DNA from: Squalus acanthias
Taxonomy: Eukaryota
NCBI GenBank assembly: GCA_030390025.1
Contig: CM059431.1
Span: 119,600,001-119,664,000 of the forward strand
DNA: 64,000 nucleotides
Direction of reading: 5' to 3'
Below the pieces are notes generated by a model, which was not told the origin of the DNA, ran no database searches, and worked only from the letters and a program-made list of their open reading frames with translations. Positions 1 through 9,501 of this stretch are shown here, piece after piece. Positions within the stretch are counted from its first letter, which is position 1; each line of letters opens with the position of its first letter. The translations under genes and the position numbers were made by a program.

Positions 1-596
1 TTCCCGACGTCCGGACACCACGCCAGGTAAGTGTGGCGTGTTGTGAGTCTGCTGCAGTGTTTCTGCATTGATGACAGCTGCAGAAGTGGGGTGAAGGACC
101 CAATGGTGCACTGGTGCATTTCAGAGGTAAGGAAATGTTGGGAAAATCATTTTTAATGCTTTTACACTTTTCTGTAGGTAAAAAGTTTTGAATTAGCTGT
201 CTAGTTCCACCTCATTGGGAGAACCTTTCTCACCAGTTACAGATTGCTCCTGTCACCTCACCTGCAGCTGCCATCTGTTCCAGCCTATGGAGGGAGTCAC
301 TGGAGAGCTTGGGTGCAAGAGCTCATGTTTGTACAGTGATTGTCAGTGTTTGCAGCACCTCAATGCTGTCAAACACTGAGAAATGAGCTGTCAAAGAAAA
401 ATTGTGCGTGGTTCCTTTAAGAAAACCGGCATCTGACCGGCTTTCTTTTAATTGGCCAGCAAGCCCGCAGGGTGGGCTTAACAAGGTCAATCAGCGTAAA
501 ATCACGTCCGTGGGCCGGATGTAGTTGGGGGCGGGACTGGAAGCCAGAAACCACCTGACCTGCTCCCAACCCGCATCTATATACAAAATCGCGGCC
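1..596 (-). mobile_element. Terminal fragment of an old Harbinger-derived (Myb-bearing) element
   Basis: Similar to 37190-37437 (CAGTGTTTGC..GTGGTtCCTTTAAG..AAACCGGC..TAATTGGCCAG). Ends in a TIR-like AAAATCGCGGCC, compared with AAAATCCAGCC at 37437. Confidence 0.5.
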
Positions 597-728
597 ATAG
601 AGTCATATAATGATACAGGGTTAAGCAATCTCGTAATAAAGAATTCTCTGGTGCAGAGTGATCATAATATGATAGAATTTCACATTAAGTTTGAGAGTGA
701 CTTGCCTATGTCCGAAACTAGAGTCTTA

Positions 729-2304
729 CAGGGAGAAATTCATTAGAGCCCCGTTTGGGTCGCTAACTTTTAAAAGTTGAAAAAATTAGCGCCAAGAGCT
801 AATGGGGGAAAATTCAGTTGGTTGCGCCTCCCGTTAGTACCTTAAGAGGGCGCTAATGGGGCGCAAAGCATCTAGCGCCCAGGCGCGGCGATGTTTGCGC
901 CACTCGTGAAATTAACTAGACATTTTGCGGCGGCGCTAAACACTACCACCACGATCTCCTGCGCCGGCAGATCGTGACATCAGTCGAGTGCGCAACACCC
1001 CAGTATCGCCCCGGAGCGGATATTGAGTGGCGCCCCCTGCCTTACCGCCTGACGCTAGCAATGACAGGTTGAGGGGAGCGTTTTGCAGTCATGAAGGGAC
1101 TGGGGGAGCGCTATTTAAAGGCGACCGCTTCCTGCCTTTTATTGTTGGTGCCATTTTTGAACCACGCATTCTGAGAGAGAGGGAGAGAGACTTCTGGAGA
1201 GATTCAACGCTGTGTGAAGGGGTTTTTGGTACTGAGCAGCACTTTGCAGGTTCATTTTGATTTGCCATTCCTTCTATCAATTTAGAAGAGATTGTGGGGG
1301 CTGCACTCTGAGCTCTTTGCCTGGTAATCTCCATTGTTCTTTCCAGCAGATTTGATGTGCAGGTCTCTCCAGGCCGAGATTCAAAGCTGCAATGAGTAGG
1401 ATGTGGATGGGAAGCAAGATCAACCATCCCCTTTAAGAACTGGTCCGTGCCATTGTGTGTGTGTTCCATTGCTGACTGACATCACATGAGCTTCGCCAGC
1501 ACTCTGAGGTAGCGCCTCGCTCCTTGGCCTTTGCGCCTTAAGACAGGTGTGAAGCGCCTGATTTAGCACTCCAATCACCTCCAGGGGGCGATAAAAGTCA
1601 AGTTTGCAGTCGGTGGCGATAATTAGCGCCAGGCGCTAATTTTTGCGCCCGGCCAATAATTGCGCCCCAAATGGGGCGATACTGAATTTCGCCCCCATGT
1701 TTCTCAACTTTTTTAAAATTTGGTTTTGTGCTCCAGGAAGGAAGTGCAGCGCTAAACCAAGTGCTCCACTTCCTTCCTGGAGCGCAACAGGCAGCAGGCA
1801 GCGCTGCCACGTTGGAAGGCTCCTTCCCTCCCTTAAACATAAGAGCCATCATTGCAGGCTTTGCAAGGAAAAGCAACTTACCTGGTCCCTGACAGCAGTT
1901 GTGATCCAGTCCGATCAGCCCGATGCACTGCAGCGGAGTGCCGGGCTGATTGAGCGCTGGAGAAAAAAAGCAAAAAAACAGAGAAGGAGCATTTTATTAT
2001 TTTTTCCCTACCTCGGTCACCTCGCCTTTAAGTATTGCTCCCGTAGCTCCTGGCCTCCCGATGAACTCCTCCTCTAGCTGCCAGTGTTGCCGCCCGGCGA
2101 TACTGCAGGGGGCGAAACTGAAGTTCAGGTCCAGGGTTCAACCGGGGCGATGCACACGGCAATGACTTCACGATCTCAGGGGAAGGCGATCGGGGCGCAA
2201 TGCCATACCGTTGCCGCAAACGTCCCGCCGAATTTAGCGGGAGGCGATATTCTCGCCCCCCAGAGACAATAACGGGAGGCGCAAAGGTACCCAATTTCTC
2301 CCCC
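729..2304. mobile_element. Harbinger-type MITE (GGGGGAGAAATT TIR family) hosting a nested MITE
   Basis: Ends cAGGGAGAAATT ... AATTTCTCCCCC. Flanks TTA/TAT. The empty site is visible in the duplicated CR1 segment at 2521-2545 (GAGTCTTAAACTTAAAT). Related to 35477-36097 and 39104-39785. Confidence 0.85.
805..1696 (+). mobile_element. Harbinger family-A MITE (internal deletion derivative of the 54500-60340 type element)
   Basis: TIR GGGGAAAATTCAGT / ACTGAATTTCGCCCCC with ATG on both sides. Near-identical to 25009-25900. Both halves match the two ends of 54500-60340. Confidence 0.92.
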
Positions 2305-3860
2305 TATAACTTAAATAAAGCCAATTACATAGGTATGAGGGGCGAGTTGGCTAACGTAGATTGGAAAAAATAGATTCAAAGGTATGGCGGTGGATAAGCA
2401 GTAGCTAGCATTTAAATAAATATTTTATAATTCTCAACAGTAAAGGGTCCTCTGGGGCAGATTGATCATAATATGGTAGAATTTTACATAACGTTTCAGA
2501 GCGACTTGCCTAAGTATGAAACTAGAGTCTTAAACTTAAATAAAGCGAATTACATAGGTATGAGGGGTGATTTGGCTACGGTAGATTAGAAAAATAGATT
2601 AAAATGTATCGTGGTAGATAAGCATTGGATAGCCTTTTAAAGAAATATTTCATAATTCTCAACAAAAATACATTCCATTGAGAAACAAAAACTCCATGAG
2701 AAAAGTGATCAATCTATGGCTAACTAAAGAAGTTAAGGATAGCATTAGATTGAAAGAAGAAGTATAATGTTGCGAAGAATATTAGTAAGCCTGAGGATTG
2801 GGAGAGTTTCAGAAACCAGCAAAGGATGACCAAAAAATTGATAAAAAAGGAAAAAATAGAATATGAGAGAAAACTAGCAAGTAATATAAAAACAGATTGT
2901 AAGAGCTTCTAGAAGTATGTAAAAAGGAAGAGAGTAGAAAATGTAAACATTGGTCCCTTAGAGGCTTATATAGGAGAAATTATTATGGGGAATAAGGAAA
3001 TGGCAGAAACGTTAAACAAATATTTTGTATCTGTCTTCACAGTAGATGACACAAAAAGCATACCAAAAATGGTGGGGAACCATGGGTCCAATTAGGGTGA
3101 GGAACTTAACATAATTAATGTAAGTAGAGAAAAAGTACTAGAGAAACTAATGGGACTAAAAGCCAACAAATCCCCTTGACTGATGGCCTGCATCTTAGCG
3201 TTCTAAAAGAGGTGGCTGCAGAGATAGTTGATCTTTGATCTTCCAAAATTCCCTAGATTCTAGAATGGTCCCAGCGGATTGGAAGGTCGCAAATGTAACA
3301 CCATTTTTCAAGAAAGGAGGGAGAGACAAAACAGGGAACTACAGGCCAGTTAGCCTGACTTCAGTTGTCAGGAAAATGCTGAAATCCATTTGATAAGGAA
3401 GTGGTATCAGGGCACTTAGAAAATCATAACATGATTAGGCAGAGTCAACATGGTTTTATGAAAGGGAAATCATGTTTGACAAATTTATTAGAGTTTTTTG
3501 AGGATGTAACTAGCAGGGTAGATAAAGGGAACCAGTGGATGTAGTATATTTCGATTTCCAAAAGGCATTCGATAAGGTGCCACATAAAAGGTTATTACAC
3601 AAGATAAGGACTCATGGGGTTGGGGTAATATAATAGCATGGATAGAGGATTTGTTAACGGACAGAAAACAGAGTAGGGATAAATGTGTCTTTTTCAGGTT
3701 GGCAGGCTGTAACTAGTGGGGTGCCGCAAGGATCAGTGCTGGGGCCTCAGCTATTTACAATCTATATTAATGACCTAGATGAAGGGACCGAGTGTAATGT
3801 ATCCAAGTTTGCTGACGATACAAAGCTAGGAGGGACTGTAAGCTGTGAGGAGAACACAAT

Positions 3861-4631
3861 GGGCTCGATTTTGTCATTGGGGCAGGCTGGGGTCGTGTCA
3901 TCCGCTTTTCGTGTTAGCCACCCAACTCCAAAAGGATGTGGGAGAATTATGTGATTTTCCCCTAATTGGGCAATTGAGTTCCAGCATGTGGGAACCCATG
4001 ACCCAATCAGTTTTTTCAGTCTGAAAGTCGGCTCTGATGATGTCATCATTGCTGCTGCATTTAAGGTCTGCAAAGACTGGGAAGCTTTTGGCCTTTGCTG
4101 TGAGAGGGACCTGGAGGCAAAATGAGCAGCAGGAGACCTAAGTCTTTTCTCAGATTATTTTTCCACCGCCGCCGCCACCACCACCACCACCACCACCACC
4201 GCCGCTGCCACCACCACCACCACCACCACCACCACCCTTCCACAACAATGGTTATGACTGCTAAAAGTTCCCCAGAATGATGATTGATCAAATCTCCTTC
4301 TTAATGGTGGACCTGCAGCCGATAGTCAGCAATCCAAGTGTGCTACCGCCAGGTTTCACCGTCGTGTTTCAGAGGAGGCGTGCAGCACGTTGGAAAAGTC
4401 TTAAAATCAGAAAGACCTCTCAAAATGGGATTATAGTGGCAATTAAGTGGTTCTTAAGGGCCTATCCCGCCTCTTTGAGGTGGGACGGAGACGGGATCAG
4501 AAACCACGCATTTGGGAAAATTGCTCGGAGGCGGGATGGAGGCGGGGTCGGACCCCGCCTGCCATTTTTTGCAATTTTAACACCCCACACACCTCCATTC
4601 CCGCCTCCTCGGGCCTGGCAAAATCGAGCCC
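3861..4631. mobile_element. Harbinger-type MITE inserted in CR1 RT
   Basis: 16-bp TIR GGGCTCGATTTTGtCA / TGGCAAAATCGAGCCC and perfect 3-bp TSD AAT. The CR1 frame resumes after it (EENT..SLQRDID). Confidence 0.92.
4163..4236. repeat. (CCA/CCG)n trinucleotide microsatellite inside MITE
   Basis: Read directly from the sequence. Confidence 0.95.
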
Positions 4632-7217
4632 AATGAGTCTGCAAAGGGATATAGATAGACTAAGTGAGTGGGCAGTAAGGTGGCAGATTGAGTATAATAT
4701 AGGGATATGTGAGGTTATTCTCTTTGGTAGGAAGAATAGAAAAACAGAATATATTTTAAATGGTGAGAAACTTTTATATGTTGGTGTTCAGAGAGATTTG
4801 GGTGTCCTCGTGCAAGAAACACAGAAAGCTAGCATGCAGGTACAGCAAGCAATAAGGAAGGCAAATGGCATGTTGGCCTTTATTGCAAGGGGGTTGGAGT
4901 ATAAGAGTAAAGAAGTCTTGCTATAATTGTACAGGGCCTTAGTGAGACCACAACTGGAGTACTGTGCACAGTTTTGGTCTCCTTATCTAAGGAAGGATAT
5001 ACTTGCCTTGGAAGCGGTGCAACGAAGGTTCACTAGATTGATTCCTGGGATGAGAGGGCTGTCCTATGATGAGAGATTGTGTAGAATGGGCCTATACTCT
5101 CTGGAGTTTAGAGGAGTGAGAGGTGATCTCATTGAAACATACAAGGTTCTGAGGGGAGTTGACAGGGTAGATGCTGAGAGGTTGTTTCCCCTGGTTGGAG
5201 TGTCCAGAACTAGGGGGCATAGTCTCAGGATAAGGGGTAGGCCATTTAAGACTGAGATGAGGAGGAATTTCTTCACTCAGATTGTTGTGAATCTTTGGAA
5301 CTCTCTGCCCCAGAGGGCTGTGGCTGCTGAATCTTTGAGTATATTCAAGGCTGAGATAGATAGACTTTTGGACTCTAGGACAATCAAGGGATATGGAGAT
5401 CGGGCGGGAAAGTGGAGTTGAGGTCGATGATCAGCCATAATCTTATTGAATGGCAGAGCAGGCTTGAGTGGCTCGAGTGGCCTGCTCCTATTTCTTATGT
5501 TCTTATCATCTTATGTACAGCACAGAAGGAAGCCATTCGGCCCATTGTGCCTGTGCCGGCTCTTTGGTAGAGCTATCCAATTAAACCCACTCCCCTGCTC
5601 TTTCCCCATATCCCTGCAATTTTTTTCCCTTCAAGTATTTATCCAATTATCTTTTGAATGTTACTACTAAACCTGCTTCCACCACCTTTACAGGCAGTAC
5701 ATTCCAGATCACAACAACTCGCTGTGTAAAAAAATATTTTCTCAAGTTGTCTCTGCTTCTTTTGCCAATTACCTTAAATTTGTGGCCTCTCGTTACCGAC
5801 GCTTCTCCCACTTCTCTGATAGAGAAACAATTTCTCCTTAGTTACTCTATCAAAACCATTCATGATTTTGAACACCTCTATCAAATCTCCTCTTAATCTT
5901 CTCTGCTCTAAGTTGAACAACCCCAACTTCTCCAGTCTCTCCATATAACTGAAGTTCGTCAACCCTGGTACCATTCTAGTAAATCTCTTCTGCATCCTCC
6001 CCAAGGCCTTGACATTCGTCTTAAACTGTGGTCCTGCAAATTGAACACAATACTCCAGCTGATGCCTAACCAGTGTTTTCTAAATCTTTAGCATAACCTC
6101 TTGCTTTTGTACTCTATTCCTCTATTAATAAAGCCGAGGATCCCATATGCTTTTTTAACTGCCTTCTCCACGAGTCCTGCCACCTTGAAAGATTTGTGTA
6201 TATACACCTCCTGGTCTCTCTGATCCTGCACCCCCATTAAAACTGTACCATTTAGATCATATTGCCTCTCTTCATTCTTCCTACCAAAATGAATCACTTC
6301 ACACTTCTCTGCATTAAATTTCTCTGCCACGTGTCTGCCCATTTCTCCAGTTTGTTTATGTCCTCCTGAAGCCTGTTGCTATGCTTCTCATCGTTTACTG
6401 CATTTCTGAGTTTCAAATCATCTGCAGACTTTGAAATTATGCCCTGTATACCCAAGTCCAGATCATTAATATATATCAAAAAGAGCAGTGGTCCTAATAC
6501 CGACCCCTGGGGAACACTACTGTATACTTCCCTCCAGTCTTAAAAATAACTGTTTACCACTACTCTCTGCTTTCTGTCCCTTAGCCAATTTTATATCCAC
6601 GCTGCCACTGTCCCTTTAATCCCATGGGCTTCACTTTTGCTAACGAGTCTATTATAAAGCACGTTGCCAAATGCCTTTTGAAAGTACATATTCACAACAT
6701 CAACTGCACTACCCTCATCAACCCTCTCCGCTACTTCATCAAAGAACTCGATCAAGTTAGTCAAACATGATTTGCCTTTAACAAATCCATGCTGACTTTC
6801 ATTTATTGGCCCAGACTTTTCCAAATGCCAATTTATTTTGTCCCAGAATTTTGTCTCTAAAATCTTCCACACCACCTACGTTAGGCTGACTAGTTGTTGG
6901 GTTTATACCTCTCCTGTTTTTTAAACAGGGATGTAACATTTGCAATCCTCCAGTCCTCCAGCACAACTCCCATATCCATGGAGGATTGGAAGATTGTGGC
7001 CAGAGCCTCCGCAATCTCCACCCTTACTTCTCTCAGTAACCTAGGATGCATTCAATCCAGACTGGGTGACTTTTCTACTTTGAAAACACCCAACCTTTTA
7101 AGCACATCTTCTTTATTTATTTTTATCCTATCCAATATCACTACTGTCTAGTTCTTTACTTGTCATATAATTATAATTGTCATAAGCCTCTTTTTTCTGT
7201 CTCATTTTAATCTTTAT

Positions 7218-8592
7218 GGGCTAAAAATTCTAGAGCTCTGGAAACCTGCTGGTGTCACCGTGGGCTACAGTTAATGGCCGCCGAAATTAATAATGCTGGC
7301 TGCACGGGTGTTTTGGTGCTGCCTGCTGTTTAACTTTAGCACAGTGCTAAACTGGGCCAGAAATTCGGCTCTTGTTGGGTGAGTACGCGTTGTGTACTCA
7401 CCCGTAAGGCCACCTGAAGTGCCGGTTTCCTGCATGCACTGCGCATGCGCGGGAAACCGGAACTTCCGTTCCCCTGAAGGAAGGGGTTCAGAAGTCGAAC
7501 GCATGCGCGGGAGAGGCTGCGCACGCAGCGAACTTCGTTTTTTTTTTCAGGTTTCTCCGGGAGGGGAAGTATGGAGAAGCTGCACTTTTAAAAAGGAGGC
7601 GCAAGGCCTGTTTTTAACAAGGTAAGTGGTTAATTAATTACAATTTAAACATTTTTTCAACAGGTTTATCTTTTTGAGATACTTTAAAGAAAGGTAAGTT
7701 TATTTTTAGCACCGTTAAAAAGTATAATTAATTTTTTCAAAAATTAAAATTTTTGTTTAAAGTAGTTAATTTATGTAACTTATAGTTATTTTAAAAATGT
7801 GATGTTTTTAAAAAATTTATTTGAAGTTTAAGTGTGGTTTTGGGGTCGATCTCTATTCATAGATTTGACAGGTCTTCCTGTCAAATCTATGAATGAAAAT
7901 GTCCTGTTAGGATTGGCTCTCCTTGGCCCACATGATCCCAGGGGACGCTTCAAACTAACTGCGCCCCTGGGATACGCAAGCACTGTGCGCCGGCAGCTGC
8001 AGGAGGCCCAGGAGCCAAAGTCCTCGTGGGCCCAAAGCACAACAGCAGGCGTGGTAGGTAAGTACACGCGCGATGCTTGCACCCACAGGAAGCCGGAAAG
8101 CTGAATTTCTGGCCCATTGTGTAAGGCTGATTTTCGGGCTGTAGTTTCAGCAGGAGGCCCAATGTAGCATGGCCGTAGCATCATTGATGCAAGAACAGCC
8201 TTCTCTTAAAGCAAGGTTGTCATTGGAGGAGACGGTGCTTAAATGCAAACTTACCTGAAAGATGTGTGTGTCCTTTTAAGAAGCGCTGACAGCATCTCTG
8301 TATGTCTGCTGCATGCTCACTTTTCAGTGCGAGCTTAGGACCCAGTGCTAAACGTAGTGCAAAGTTCCAAGTTTGCAGAGCGTGGCGTCAAGTCGGCGTT
8401 GCACGACAACTGATGTCATGCACTCCAGATTAGTATGTCTAGGGCCAGCACTGCTAATGGCAGTGCTTTGGCCCTCACCAAAATGGCAGCTGCTGAGTCC
8501 CATGCCAGAGGCAGGCGGAAGTGAGGCGGCTGCTATTTTTTTTCAGGAATCTGCTGGTAACGGGTGCCAGTAAGTAGCCGAATTTTTAGCCC
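7218..8592. mobile_element. Harbinger-type MITE (TIR GGGCTAAAAATTC) hosting a nested MITE
   Basis: 13-bp perfect TIR and perfect TSD TAT (7215-7217 / 8593-8595). Confidence 0.88.
7354..8115 (+). mobile_element. Harbinger family-B MITE (TIR GGGCCAGAAATTC)
   Basis: TIR GGGCCAGAAATTCgGCT / AGCTGAATTTCTGGCCC, flanks ACT/ATT. A near-identical inverted copy lies at 48234-48995. Confidence 0.92.
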
Positions 8593-9501
8593 TATATCTT
8601 TAATCCTCCAAGGAGCTCTAGCTTTGGATGCCCTTTTTTTCACCCTCATAGGAATGTATCTACTTAGTACCAGAATCATCTCCTCTTTGAAGGCTTCCCA
8701 TTGTTCAATTACTGTTTTGCGTACCAATTTTTGATTTCAATCAACCTGGGCCAGACCCCTTTTCATCTCACTGAAGTTAGCTCTCCTCCAGTTAAGTATT
8801 TTTATTCTTGATTGTACCTTGTTCGTTTCCACAACTATTTTAAACCTGATGATATTATGATCACTGTTCCCCAAATGCTCTCCCACTGAAACATGATCCG
8901 CTTACCCCACTTCATTCCCCAGAACAAGATCCAGCACTGTTTTAAGCCTCATTGGGCTGGAAGCACACTAATCAAGAAAGTTCTCTTGTACACATTTCAG
9001 GAATTCATTCCCCTCCTTGCCCTTTAAACTTTTACTATCCCAGTCTATATTAGGATAATTGATGTCCCCCATTATAACTATTCTGAGTACTTGCATCTTT
9101 TTGTAATTTGCCTGCAAATTTGCTCCTATATTTCTTTTCCATTATTTGGTGGCCTATAGTATACACCCAGTAGTGTAATTGCGTAATATTGTTCCTTAAT
9201 TCTAACCAAATAGACTCTGGCCGGAATTTTCTTTACTGGGAGGGTCCAGAGCGAGCAGTGGCCATGGCAGGTCACGAGCCTGTTGCTGGCTCCATCCTGA
9301 TCCACAGAACGATTTTACGTTAATAGGGCCTATTAAACCCACCCTGCGTGTTACCCATCCCAATTAAATGGTGCGGGTCTGGTGACGTTATTCATGACGG
9401 GTTTTCAGTTGGGATCTTTAAAGGAGTGATGGCCACATTAGATTTGAAGGTTAATGTAACATAGTGCTGTGAGTGCGCTACAGCATTGGAGTGCTGCAAA
9501 C

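Larger units (their letters stand above)
599..5512 (+). mobile_element. CR1-clade LINE ORF2 (APE-RT) remnant with 3' end, interrupted by MITEs
   Basis: Peptides SDHNMIEF (APE), [24 protein letters not shown] (RT) and TRGHSLRI..FFTQ.VVNLWNSLP. 3' tail TTCTTATGTTCTTA. Many stops and frameshifts. Confidence 0.93.
5513..9218 (-). mobile_element. CR1-clade LINE remnant, tail-to-tail with the preceding CR1, interrupted by nested MITEs
   Basis: Minus-strand peptides SQHGFVKGKSCLTNLIEFF, SKSADDLKL, RRLRGDLIEVFKIM and QWEAFKEEM..APW. Confidence 0.9.

Noticed and set aside
4061..4291. Poly-Trp ORF
   Set aside because: It is the antisense of the (CCA)n microsatellite in a MITE.
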